A program made the translations under genes and the position numbers. The notes beneath the pieces were generated by a model. That model saw only the letters and a program-made list of their open reading frames with translations. It was not told the origin of the DNA and ran no database searches. A stretch of DNA of 64,000 nt from NCBI GenBank assembly GCA_002633005.1, contig NMRA01000507.1:124001-188000 (forward strand). The letters run 5' to 3'. This DNA comes from Phoronis australis (taxonomy: Eukaryota; Animalia; Phoronida). This document shows positions 51,341-63,556 of the stretch, in pieces. Every line of letters begins with the position of its first letter. Position 1 is the first letter of the stretch.

Positions 51341-52079
51341 GGCATTACTGCTGTCACTATTAAAAGTTTCATTATACTCAGGCGATGAAAATAAGGGCAA
51401 TCGCATGATATCATTAATTCACTTATTATCAATGTATGTACAGATCTTAATGGGTGTACGATCAGGTAAACAGAGTTTCTTCAAATTGGAACAAAACAAT
51501 TACCTAAATCGTCCTTTTTCAATTACCAACAACTCACCGAAATTCGAAAATTGTTCAAAATATCACAATGTATGCTGTGACAATAATGAACAAAATGTGC
51601 TTCCTATTTCTCTTTGCCGTTCTGACATATTGTGCTCACACTTGAAGATTTTACAAGAATTCTTATTTTTTTTAACCTGGCTAAATTATAACATAAGCCG
51701 GACAAAAATATCAGCAAGCCACTATATTTTCTTACATAACTTTTGAAATTAAAATGCATAAAATAAAATAATTCACGTAATTGATGTATCTGAGCACATT
51801 TTCCTTTATGATGTTTTTAAGCCACATTTACAAGGATCGTAATACATTAAGACAAAAACTAACGGTGAAAAAGTTAAAGGACATAAAATTCTATAGATTT
51901 GGATCATGTCTGTTATATAAGAAGAAATGGAAAATAATATGTATTTTACAAACCTTGACCATAAAAAGTAAGATGATAACCTAGGATAAATAGCAAAAAC
52001 AACAAAACCATAAAAGTGTATAACCATAATTATTTACTTAACAATTGAAAGGCAAGGACGTAAATACTTTTAAAATATT

Positions 52080-53860
52080 AACAAGAACACGTATCCTTGA
52101 AAAGTGCCCATGACTGTACCATATATATAGTTCTTCTTCGATTGAATGCGAAATGAACATATTTACATGTTGTTTATTAGTAACAATAGATGGCGCACAT
52201 AACATTTAATCAGTTCGAAAATAGAAAAGCGTCATCGCCTCTCTGATAGCAAACTATTTGTCACATTATATGAAAATCCGTCGAGGAACTCCAAAGACTC
52301 AACGGGAACATATAGTTCCCACTAAAATGTACAGCAGTCATGTTGGACCCGTCCAAAACGGAAAAGTCCTCATCTACTGTCATTTTCAGATTGGAATACA
52401 CTTAGCATATTTCACATAGATCCTGCAAAAGTTCAAGAGAAACAGTCGATAAATGCAGACTGATTCGAATACGTCCCAAAATAGAAAAGTCTTTTCACCT
52501 TCAAATTTCATAAAAATCTGTCAATGAACTATGAAGATACGAGGCAAAAATAAAATTAAAATTGCCTTTGGGTGCACAGTGGAAGTCAGATCCCTCCAAA
52601 AGTTGACAGAAATAGGACTACATCTGCCAAATCTCGTGGATATCCATTAGGGGTTTCGGAGATTAGCAATGGACATCGGACAGCAAGATAGAGATGACGG
52701 TAACGTGCAACCATGTAGGTATTTGGACGCACAAAAGCATTTTTAAATGAAATGGACAAATATTGCTGATAGCAATGCCTTCAATTAGAAAATCCATTGC
52801 TCCGAAATTAGTGTATTTTTATTTACGACAAAGATTCAACATGAGTACAAACTCTCAAACGATTTGTTATAGGTGCTGGATGTGCATACGTGATGTTAAG
52901 ACAGCTGCATATCAATTTTATGTGAACTGCTGTAACATGAATTTTCAAAAACCAATTACATTTACATGTACTCTCCTCGAACTAACTTTGGCAAACTGCT
53001 GAACAGGAAACCTCAATACACCACCCTTTGGTGATTTTGATAAAAGCAGCGAACTGTGGGATTTGACCACTTAACGCAGTGGAACTGGTATCGACTGTTT
53101 CGTTACTCAGATTAGAAGTAATTTCTGGATTCGAAAAAGAACTGAAAAATCTCAATTTAGGAGTGAACTCATACGTTAGTTATGTGACCGAACACTAGGT
53201 GGAGCTACCAGACGATGATTGGGGATTTTACTAAAGAGGCATCAGCAACCATCCCTAAAATTAGACACACAATGTGTGTGAATATCATATCGATCCCAGG
53301 AAAAATGCGACTTGCAACACGAAGTGGCAGACCAACAAATGTTCAGCGAAGAATTAGTCAACAAAAGGACTGGACAATCAATCTCGAATATCTCAAGAAC
53401 GGTAAGGTGGAGTGAGAAATGGATGTTCACACACTAAAAAAGATCCCCAAGGGATGAAAAACCAATAAATTAGAGGAAACTCATTAAAAAATCTCGAATA
53501 ACTCGAAGACGATAAGTCGGAGCAAACAACAAATGTCAAAGCCTAGCTCTTGACACCATAACGTACCAATTTTCAGAAAGATGGGTCAATAAAAGAGCAG
53601 TGATCAAATCAGAAAATTTTTAACTTGATAACGTTAAGTCGTAGCAAGAAACCAATTAGGGACTAAAGATAGCCCTTGAGGATGTCTTTCTGCGTACCAA
53701 CTTTCAGGAGGTTCTTCAAAGGACCAAGTGCACTGGAAATTCACAAAAACATTCTAAACGACCGTCTCAGCGCCACCTTTCACCTGATTTCGTCCTAAAA
53801 CGAATTTCCTTGAGCTTTTGACGAGGTTATGCGAAATTTCATGTCGATCAGACCATAGAC
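52080..53860. repeat. Old composite repeat with degenerate internal tandem units (Helentron/HINE-like)
   Basis: Starts aacaaga. Recurring aaaatagaaaag/ccaaaacggaaaag, tgaaaatccgtc-aggaact (also at 61648 and 63492) and three aatctcgaata-ctc-a-ga-cg-taag-like units at ~53380-53640. Boundaries are approximate. Confidence 0.4.
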
Positions 53861-53956
53861 TATAGTACATGGACCGCCAACTCCGTATACTTTCAATGGA
53901 CGAAATCTGTGATCTTACGCATAAGTCCTTACGTCATTATTAACTGGCGACACCAG

Positions 53957-54107
53957 GGCTGCGTTCAGTAGACACTAGGACCTACGCTAGGACCTAGCTA
54001 AAACCTAGTCAAAGTCACGTGCTCTCATTTAAAATACACGGCAATATCTCACGTAATCTCGCGAAGTCTTGCTTTTTAGCAAGGTCCTAGCGCTACTGAA
54101 CGGGAGG
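53957..54107. mobile_element. MITE family B copy with exact CAG target duplication
   Basis: cag|ggctgcgttcagta ... tactgaacgggagg|cag. Confidence 0.85.
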
Positions 54108-54157
54108 CAGGCTAAATTTTCTGGTGTAATTTCCGGCAAGTACGTCGTCTGCTAATC

Positions 54158-54345
54158 ATGGTCGGCTGCTGTGTGCCGGGTTGTTCGACGCGAAATGCAA
54201 AGGAATTAGCTTCCATACCATCCGAAGACCTCATAATCGGCTGTGGGAGGAAAAGCTTATTTCTTGTGTCAACGTGAATCGCAGTTGTTTCAGCAATAAG
54301 ACTTTATACATTTGTTCAAGGCACTTTGAAGATGAACGTTTTTAA
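54158..54345 (+). pseudogene. Frameshifted THAP zinc-finger domain (transposase N-terminus remnant)
   Basis: MVGCCVPGCSTRNA, then a frameshift, then KGISFHTI...LW...KTLYICSRHFEDERF*. All C2CH ligands and the CSxHF signature are present. Confidence 0.85.
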
Positions 54346-55106
54346 GAGGCTCTGATAGGCCTACTACTTAATCCTGTCTTCACAAATCCATTTTTGTTTT
54401 CTCCGTTTTGATGAAAACTATCTGGTAAACTTTTTGACGAAAATTGTCCGCTAAATTTCTTCCAAAGGTAGTGACTCATGAACTCCTGTCCTTACGAGGA
54501 ACTTCAGCCATAGTCTGGTGAGCGAATTAACCAAATTACTCTTCGCTGGCCCTGATCAGATGGTTGGTCTCAGCAGAATGCGCACATTTGGCCAGAATTT
54601 GGATCAGCGATTTCAACAAATTCACATTCGTGTACAAATAAATAGAAAGCTGGTAAAACCTTTAACATAAATAAAGATTACATTAATACTTCAGAAATAA
54701 CCACCTGGACCAGTCAAAATCTATCTTGCAGTTCAACAGCAGGTTACACTCTCATTTCATGTCGAAGATATGCCGCACAAAATTTCTCGACTGCAGTCTA
54801 TGAAAATGCATCCAACTTCTTTGAAAACATGGAACAGGAACACCAGAGGGGTGTGAAGGTTGTTTTTATTCTTCAATGTTAAATATTTGTAAGCGGACAA
54901 ATGGTTTTCAAATTTACGACTTAAAAGTCCTAACATTTCAAAACTTAAGCTTTTCAAACGAACGCTTATGACGAAAACAAAATTCTTCAACCAGTTTTGT
55001 TAAGTCCTATGCCACCTGTAGGTACACAATGAGCCCATCCCACTCCTAATGTAACAAAATGGTCCCTTGCACAAAAGATACTGAGTATTGCCCTTCTGAA
55101 ATATTA

Positions 55107-55180
55107 CCGTATTTGCCCTAATAAGCGGCCAGGGCGCTTAGAATAATCCGCTTCAGGAAGGGGGGGGGGGGCGCTTATTA
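55107..55180. mobile_element. TA|CCGTA-type (Tc1/mariner-pogo-like) MITE end with GGCGCTTA subterminal repeats
   Basis: taccgtatttgccctaataagcggccagggcgctta ... ggggcgcttatta; same family type as the element at 57097. Confidence 0.5.
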
Positions 55181-55389
55181 TAGTCCAAAAGTGGTTGAAA
55201 CCCCGTCTCCGAAAATGGTATTTGACAGGCAAGTTGTTGAGATAAATCCTGCTATTAATATCTGGGAGTTACGTTCACTCGTAGACTCGTGTGGAGGCAA
55301 TGTTGTAAAAATACTAGCAGCCCAAACAACGTGAGGTCTCAACATGATTACAGTCAGTCTAACAGTAATTAACGGTAATTCTCCAACAA

Positions 55390-56220
55390 TATACTTTAAC
55401 ATTTTTGATACCATGATATTGCCAATCTTAAATATGGAGCCGAAATATGGGGTGCCTCAATTTGTAAATATATTGAAAATGTTCACGATTTTTTTATAAA
55501 TATGTTCTAAGACTAAATAAAAAGTCAAATGCTTTATAAGTAAAATGCGAATGCGGTAGACAAATGCTGTTTATAAGCTACGAGAAAACCGGTCGTATGC
55601 CGGACAAAAATATTGAACATGCATCCATCTAGTCACCCCTTTCGCTGAGTTTTACCGCATGTTAACGCAATAGCGTGCGAACGGTAGAGTTAGTAGAGCA
55701 AGTTTAATAAAAGGTGTACTTCATAGAAATGGTTTTGAAGTTTATCTGTTTGGCCTACGCAATCTCGATTTGTGTGTCCAGGAATTCAAACAATCAATTT
55801 GGAATGCTAGAATGGCACTCAGAAATGAATAATTCCAATAGATATGATTTTATTGTATAATTCATCAAGAGATGGTGTCCGAAGAATTCTTGTACCATTT
55901 GCATTGTACATCTGAGTGAGTTGTCTCGTTCGGTTCAGATGCTCGATTCATAAACTAACCATAGAAGTAGATAGACACCAGGCTGTTGCCAGGAATGACA
56001 GAATTTGGGATAAGCTACGTAGTGTCAATTGAAAATGAGATAGAATTTATCTGTCATTATCCTACATTGAGAGATTTAAGGAAAAATTTATATTTTCCAA
56101 TCGAAAAGCCACGATGTTTTAAAACGGCTGTCCTTGTATCGTATTGAGAAGAGAAGTGTTAACCTTTTCATTATGTTAAGTAAAAATGCATGCTTGTATA
56201 TGTAAGCAATGCGTATTATG
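55390..56220 (+). mobile_element. Decayed non-LTR retrotransposon ORF2 C-terminal fragment (copy A)
   Basis: Frameshifted FDTMILPILKYGAEIWG...IENVH...ECGR and RFRCSIHKLTIEVDRH...NDRI...IENE..F motifs typical of the post-RT region of CR1/L2/RTE-X-like LINEs. Confidence 0.75.
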
Positions 56221-56549
56221 TACAATAAACTATTGATTGACAGATTAGCGAAAGACCAGTAAATTATAAAAATTGAAACCACAGCGCCCTCATGACAAAC
56301 GTCACAAACCAAAAACAATAGGCCTCGAGCTATTCTTAACACATGTGTTTTGTAAATAATTCATGAAGATCAGATAAGCAATGCAACCTGTAGCACCATG
56401 TTGTACCTTAACAGACTCCTGCACACAACGAGCAGCATCCGTGCCCTCTATTGATTAAAATGGGGATGACCGGGATGACAGAGAACTTAATAACTCAGAA
56501 AGCTCTTAGTATTCTCTCTCCGAGCCTTCAGTCGACTTTTACGCAGAGA

Positions 56550-57096
56550 AGAATGCAAACCCCTTTTAATGAAATTACGCACGTTTCCCGTTTTGGTGAT
56601 AATTATATTTTCCCATCTTAGTACTCCATTTCCAATTCTTGTTTAAAAACTGTAAATCAAGGAAATTCACATTTGAGTTTTCTATAATAAACATGATTTT
56701 AACCAATAAAATGATTAAGTTGAAGATTTCAATAGAAACTCCGCTTTTTCCAAAAATACTGTGCAGGTACTCAACGAGTGATAAATGTTTCTTGTGCAAA
56801 GACATGAGTTATATATTTTGTCCCAAAAGACGCTTATTTTGATTTGGACAATGCCAGACGGTACACATATCTGACAGCAAAATGCCAGTACGCCAGAAGA
56901 AAATATTCGTGTTTAAAATTCTATAGATGATTTTGACTTGTATCCATCTCAGACCTATATTATTTGTACAAAATACAAAGATATGTTAAATTATTAGTCA
57001 ATCAGTCATCATTACAGTGATCTCTAAGTTAGCCTCCCACTTATCTAATGCTTTTGGTGTTTGAAATAATGTTTTAACAAATACTAATCATAAATA
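56550..57096 (-). mobile_element. L1/Tx1 ORF2 C-terminal fragment (copy A)
   Basis: The - strand reads KIIYRILNTNIFFWRTGILLSDMCT (zf-RVT-like) and IFNLIILLVK...KYNYHQNGK...KW. Confidence 0.75.
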
Positions 57097-58160
57097 CCGT
57101 AATCGTTCGGGTTAACGCCCTGGGCGGTTAAATTGGCAAACCCAAAAAATCGGGGGTGGGCGGTTAACCAGACATGGGCGCTTAAACGTGAAACTTTAAA
57201 AAATCCAGGGTGGGCGGTTAACCGAACATGGGCGCTTATTACGACAGGCAACCGCCCTGGGCGTTATCGTCACGTCGCCACATGACGAGAAAAATGTCAT
57301 AACAGCGGATGATCCCAACAAAGATTCTCTTGCCCTCAGATTAGTTATTCACTGATAAATTTACAGAATTACTGAGTAATAGCCCCGTGGCGTCCTGCGG
57401 TCTTGTTACTTTGCCCTCTAGAGCGCAGACGACCAGTGACCACGCAGCCTCTACTTGGATTGCAACTATTCTAAGATGTGACCTTGTTAAAGTGCGCGCG
57501 TGCAAGCTTCACGTGTTGCAGAGGTCACAGCAGACATCAAATTTATGGTTACAGTCTCGTACTGAGCTGCCAAGTTCATAGTCTGAGAGCAGTTTTAAAA
57601 TGAGTTGTAATAAAAGTTTGAAAAACTTAATTCAGATGTTTTTTTGTGTTTAGGATGTGACTCAATGACATTTTCAGCATATGGTTCTGCGCCTAGCTGT
57701 TTTATCTCGACCGCCCGGCATTGCTCACTTGCCGTTGCGCCAAACATGCTCGGCAAAGAATTAGGCCTAAGACAAGAATCGGTGTTAAGCGGCCGTGAGC
57801 CACTCGTCAATCAAGAATAAAATTTCGAGCCACGACATAAATATATGATAAAACGCCACAAAACAACGATGTTTCAATTCATTCTTAAACAATCGCCTTA
57901 CCAAACTTCGTGGTGGAAAAACATTTATTTTTCATGCAAGATGTCCAGATTATCCTATTTATATCACTTGCAATAGGCCTATCGCACTGCGGCACTGTTC
58001 GGTCTCGCTGTTAGCAAGCAATGTCTCAGTCGGCTGACAGTCGTGACTTGGAAATGCCGTCAAGTAATAAAACGGCCTCTTCCAATATGCATCTCGTTTT
58101 TTATGGCCAAAGATAGCGGCGGGAATCAGCACGCACGTAGGGCCTACGAGTGAGCACCTG
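57097..58160. mobile_element. TA|CCGTA-type DNA element inserted into L1 copy A, running into the gap
   Basis: Starts ta|ccgtaatcgttcgggttaacgccc with repeated gggcggttaacc/gggcgctta units. It is absent at the equivalent TA (60130-60131) of copy B. Confidence 0.75.
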
Positions 58161-58227
58161 NNNNNNNNNNNNNNNNNNNNNNNNNNNNNNNNNNNNNNNN
58201 NNNNNNNNNNNNNNNNNNNNNNNNNNN

Positions 58228-60131
58228 GGGGGGGGGCGCTTATTATAGTCCAAAAGTGGTTGAAACCCCGTCTCCGAAAATGGTATTTTGACAGGCAAGT
58301 TGTTGAGATAAATCCTGCTATTAATATCTGGGAGTTACGTTCACTCGTAGACTCGTGTGGAGGCAGTGTTGTAAAAATACTAGCAGCCCAAACAACGTGA
58401 GGTCTCAACATGATTACAGTCACTCTAACAGTAATTAACGGTAATTCTCCAACAATATACTTTAACATTTTTGATACCATGGTATTGCCAATCTTAAATA
58501 TGGAGCCGAAATATGGGGTGCCTCAATTTGTAAATATATTGAAAATGTTCACGATTTTTTTATAAATATGTTCTAAGACTAAATAAAAAGCCAAATGCTT
58601 TATAAGCAAAATGCGAATGCGGTAGGCAAATGCTGTTTATAAGCTACGAGAAAACCGGTCTTATTCCGGACAAAAATATTGAACATGCATCCATCTAGTC
58701 ACCGCATGTTAACGCAATAGCGTGCGAACGGTAGAGTTAGTAGAGCAAATTTAATAAAAGGTGTACTTTATAGAAATGGTTTTGAAGTTTATCTGTTTGG
58801 CCTACGCAATCTCGATTTGTGTGTCCAGGAATTCAAACAATCAATTTGGAATGCTAGAATGGCACTCAGAAATGGATAATTCCAATAGATATGATTTTAT
58901 TGTATAATTCATCTAGAGATGGTGTCCGAAGAATTCTTGTACCATTTGCATTGTACATCTGAGTGAGTTGTCAGATGCTCGATTCACAAACTAACCATAG
59001 AAGTAGATAGACACCAGGCTGTTGCCAGGAATGACAGAATTTGGGATAAGCTAGGTAGTGTCAATTGAAAATGAGATAGAATTTATCTGTCATTATCCTA
59101 TATTGAGAGATTTAAGGAAAAATTTATATTTTCCAATCGAAAAGCCACGATGTTTTAAAACGGCTGTCCTTGTATCGTATTTAGAAGAGAAGTGTTAACC
59201 TTTTTATTATGTTAAGTAAAAATGCATGCTTGTATATGTAAGCAATGCTTATTATGTACAATAAACGATTGATTGACAGATTAGCGAAAGACCAGTAAAT
59301 TATAAAAATTGCAACCACAGCGCCATCATGACAAACGTCACAAACCAAAAACAATAGGCCTCGAGCTATTCTTAACACATGTGTTTTGTAAATAATTCAT
59401 GAAGATCAGATAAGCAATGCAACCTGTAGCACCATGTTGTACCTTAACAGACTCCTGCACACAACGAACAGCATCAGTGCCCTCTATTGGTTGACATGGG
59501 GATGACCAGGATGACAGAGAACTTAATAACTCAGAAAGCTCTTGGTATTCTCTCTCCGAGCCTTCAGTCGATTTTTACGCAGAGAAGAATGCAAACCACT
59601 TTCGTTGAAATAACGCACGTTTCCCGTTTTGGTGATAATTATATTTTCCCATCTTAGTACTCCATTTCCAATTCATTTTTAAAAACTGGAAAACAAGGAA
59701 ATTCACATTTGAGCTTTCTATAATAAACATGATTTTAACCAACAAAATAATTATGTTGAAGATTTCAATAGAAACTCCACTTTTTCCAAAAATACTGTGC
59801 AGGTACTCAAAGAGTGATAAATGCTTCTTGTGCAAAGACATGAGTTATATATTTTGTTCCAAAAGACGCTTATAATGATTTGGACAATGCCAGACGGTAC
59901 AAATATCTGACAGCAAAATGCCAGTACGTCAGAAGGAAATATTCGTGGTTAAAATTCTATGGATGATGTTGACTTGTATCCATCTTAGGCCTATATTATT
60001 TGTTCAAAATAAGAGATGTGTTAAATTATTAGTCAATCAGTCATCATTACAATGATCCCTAAGTTACCCTCCCACTTATCTAATGCTTTTGGTTTTTGAA
60101 ATAATGTTTTAACAAATACTGATCATAAATA
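58228..60131. repeat. ~1.9 kb near-identical duplicate of 55160-57096 (likely alternate haplotype or recent tandem duplication)
   Basis: Colinear with scattered substitutions and small indels; begins immediately after the N run 58161-58227. Confidence 0.95.
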
Positions 60132-60715
60132 TTTAGGATTCCTTTCGAATTTGATCCAAGAACTCTCCAAATGGAGGAATGATAAATAACTTACAAAACA
60201 ATGCTTGATGCATTTCTTCAGACCACAGTATCTAGTAAACATCAGTTTAAGATTAATTTTTTTTCATATTTCATGATACCTTATAAATTTGTTTTTTTCG
60301 CCAAACAGTTCACTTGAAAATCTAATACGTTATCATCTCATATAGAAAAAATACAGATTTTTTTCTACCATATGAATATTCGAATTTCACCATAGAGGTA
60401 AAGACCCAATATATATTTTTCATATACACGATTTAATAATGAGCTTAAGTTTGACTTCGAGGTGAATACACTCTTACTCTACTAGTTTAAAAGCATGTTC
60501 TCCTTCAAAAATAGTATTTTCCATATCCAGTAAACACGAAATTTGTAAAATTTCTTTCCAAGCCGATGGTTATTTTCATCAAATACTTTTCTGGTCCTTG
60601 TCACTAAAAGGGATTTTATAAACGATGGAATACGAGTCATATTTAAACCACAATTTTCGCATATCTGAACCATTGTTTTTCTGGTAATTTTATACATTTA
60701 GTGACTACATCTTAA
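59575..60715 (-). mobile_element. L1/Tx1 ORF2 3' fragment (copy B, longer)
   Basis: The - strand reads KITRKTMVQICENCGLNMTRIPSFIKSLLVTRTRK (post-RT KIxRxxxxQxxENGGL motif), then zf-RVT-like and C-terminal KW motifs. Confidence 0.75.
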
Positions 60716-60718
60716 TTC

Positions 60719-60963
60719 AAAGGATTCACGATTAGAGACATTCTTCCACAAAATGTATCTCTTAGCATTCTGTCATTCTTTATAAATGGCCAATTCATTC
60801 AGGAAGAAAAATTAATAACCGGCACACCTAAATTGTACGAATCCATGTCAGTGGATGGCTCCATATGCCATATCTGTTTAAAGAGTACAACATTATTTTG
60901 AAAGTATGTGCGTTTCTGGTAAACCTACAGCCGTCAATTCTCAAGGAAATTATTCCAAAGTAA
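60719..60963 (+). pseudogene. C-terminal remnant of a DDE_Tnp_4 (ISL2EU/PIF-Harbinger) transposase
   Basis: KGFTIRDILPQNVSLSILSFFINGQFIQEE, then a frameshift, then IVRIHV...IILKVCAFLVNLQPSILKE*. This matches the DKGFxIxDLL..LNIPPF..QF..EE..IAxVRIHVER..VCAxLxNLxP pattern. A partial second copy lies at 62686-62784. Confidence 0.8.
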
Positions 60964-61489
60964 TTCTTGATTGCCTGTTCAATTCCAGATGTACAGTACC
61001 ATAATGGCAATACTTTTTACTTCATGTCATCTATGTTTTCGTATGAGGTAGTGGTTTGAGACTGATTATTTAATAGCAAGTGGTCTAAATAAGAAGTTGA
61101 TAGTGAACAGGAGGCGAAGGTCTGTTGCTTGTTTAGGTGTAAGCTCATCAGTTGCATTTTGGCAGGAGTGAGCAATGCTACAGTTCATTCTGCACTAATT
61201 GTGAATACTGCTTTTCACCATAATATTCTAATCCGCCATATTATGGGCAAAAATTCAAATAGAGTTGCAAAGAGCCCACCGAATTCAATCGCAAATCTTT
61301 GTTGAAATCTAAGCTCACCGTAGCCAAATTCAATTATATACAGTACAGTTGTTTTGTGACTTGCGTTGTGGAATATTAGAAGCAAGCAAACGTAAACCAG
61401 ATTTGTTTTAAGATGGTGCGACTACTTTATAGTACTTGCTAACTTTGTAACATTTAGCTCGAGTTTGGATTTTGTAAATGATAAACCAA

Positions 61490-61712
61490 AACAAAAGCGC
61501 CCACGAATGCATCGAAAATGTTGTGCTTCTAAGGTTGTTTATTTTCATCTTAAAAATAGCAACAAGATGGCACAAAATAGGTTGAATCCATACGAAAACG
61601 GGAAAATGCCATCATTTCTTTAATGAAAAGCTATTTACCAAATTTCATGAAAATCCGTCAAGGAACTTAAGAGGAAAGAAGCCTCTCACTGCAGGGAGAA
61701 TAGCCATAACAA
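61490..61712. mobile_element. Short Helentron/HINE-like insertion interrupting the exonuclease remnant (second copy 63313-63556)
   Basis: Copy 2 starts aacaagag followed by the palindrome gcaacgc-aga-gcgttgc. The element contains ccaaatttcatgaaaatccgtc and ends ...gccataacaa, breaking the exonuclease frame after LVIWT. Confidence 0.45.
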
Positions 61713-62074
61713 TTAAGTCCATATTACCAGGTTACTCCAATGGGTTCCACTCAAATACAAATTCCCCTGGACCTGGGTAGAGTTTGTTAACGCTATAATC
61801 TCGCTAAAAGCAAGACTTAGCGAGATTACGTGAGATATTGTCGTGTATTCTAAATAAGAGCACGTGATTTTGATTGGAATTGAGTGAGGTCCTATCATAG
61901 GTCCTAGCCGGTTACTGAACCCTGCCGTGATACCAATATTTATGACGTCTCTTGTATGAGACTGCCAGCCACATCAACAAGTAAATCATTTCCGGTGAAC
62001 CATGTATATTTGACTTCAACAATCATGTCTGACAAAACCCTGCCATCAGGCGAAGCACCAAGCAATCCAGTCAG
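61713..62074 (-). pseudogene. YqaJ/lambda-exonuclease-like (PD-(D/E)xK) pseudogene, copy 1, split by a MITE
   Basis: The - strand reads LTGLLGASPDGRVLSDMIVEVKYTW..., then after a frameshift HKYWY(H), the MITE at 61926-61776, and QVQGNLYLSGTHWSNLVIWT. These are the hallmark LGASPDG / EVK / YYxQVQG / WCDxVxWT motifs. Confidence 0.85.
61776..61926. mobile_element. MITE family B copy inserted in the exonuclease Gln codon
   Basis: ctg|ggtagagtttgtta ... tactgaaccctgcc|gtg. Removing it and one TSD copy restores YWY-QVQG. Confidence 0.85.
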
Positions 62075-63556
62075 TCACCTGTAATTTAGAAGTACAGTAG
62101 GCCTATTGCTTTAAGCCGATCACTTGTCTCTGGTTTCTGGCTCCTGTTTGCTGAGTGGTTAAAACAAACATTTCATGTAAATTTTCATGTGGACAAGATA
62201 GCAGTGTTTTTTGTTTTTTTTGGGAAACTTTCAGTCAGAAAATTGTAACATTAATCTGTTGACCATGCTAGCAAAAAATTACATATTTAGCCAAAGGTTT
62301 GTTAAAAAAAATCTTAATTTCCAATTGTTCATTTACTTTATTAAATTACATCCTGAAGGAAATACGGTAATTGTTGACTAATGTTTTAATGCTATTCTTT
62401 GTAAACGATGTACACTGTATTGTTTTATATGACATGTAATTATCATGCTAGAGCAAAATAAAAGTATGAAAAAAGTTCTACAGATTACATTTGATACATA
62501 CCACTCACATCCATGACCTGAAGACCAAGTGTGAAACAAGATATCTGTGAGTTTACAGGCGCCGGTGGACAAAACAGAAAAATATAATAGATGTTAATTG
62601 CAATGCCTAAGACTTTATCGATAACAACAAAACGCAACTTGATAACACTTAAAACTACATAACATATTACGCATCAAGCCGAGCNATGCCATATCTGTTT
62701 AAAGAGTACAACATTATTTTGAAAGTATGTGCGTTTCTTGTAAACCTACAGACGTCAATTCTCAAGGAAATTATTCCAAAGTAATCCTTGATTGCCTGTT
62801 CAATTCCAGATGTACAGTACCATAATGGCAATACTTTTTACTTCATGTCATCTATGTTTTCGTATGAGGTAGTGGTTTGAGACTGATTATTTAATAGCAA
62901 GTGGTCTAAATAAGAAGTTGATAGTGAACAGAAGGCGAAGGTCTGTTGCTTGTTTAAGGTGTAAGCTCATCAGTTGCATTTTGGCAGGAGTGAGCAATGT
63001 TACAGTTCATATTTGGACTAATTATTAATACTGCTTTTCACCATAATATTCTAATCCGCCATATTATGGGAAAAAATTCAAATAGCGTTGCAAAGAGTCC
63101 ACCGAATTCAATCGCAAATCTTTGTTGAAATCTAAGCTCACCCTAGCCAAATTCAATTATATGCAGTACAGTTGTTTTGTGACTTGCGTTGTGGAATATT
63201 AGAAGCAAGCAAACGTAAACCAGATTTGTTTTAAGATGGTTCGACTACTTTATAGTACTTGCTAACTTTGTAACATTTAACTCGAGTTTGGATTTTGTAA
63301 ATGATAAACCATAACAAGAGCAACGCAGAGCGTTGCAATGCGCCCACGAATGCACCGAAAATGTTATGCTTCTAAGGTTGTTTATTTTAATCTTAAAAAA
63401 TGGCAACAAGATGGCACAAAATAGGTTGAATCCATCCGAAAACGGGAACATGCCATCATTTCTTTAATGAAAAGCTATTTACCAAATTTCATAAAAATCT
63501 GTCAAGGAACTTCAGAGGAAAGAGGTCTCTCACTGCAGGGAGTATAGCCATAACAA

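Noticed and set aside
51339-51746. 135-aa ORF starting in the (ATT)n microsatellite
   Set aside because: It is AT-rich with a non-ATG start and low-complexity origin, and shows no homology signal.
59400-59520. Possible middle part of the ISL2EU transposase (SDKQ ... GDDQDDR)
   Set aside because: Motif spacing does not fit the SDK...GDxVMADKG pattern; too weak to call.
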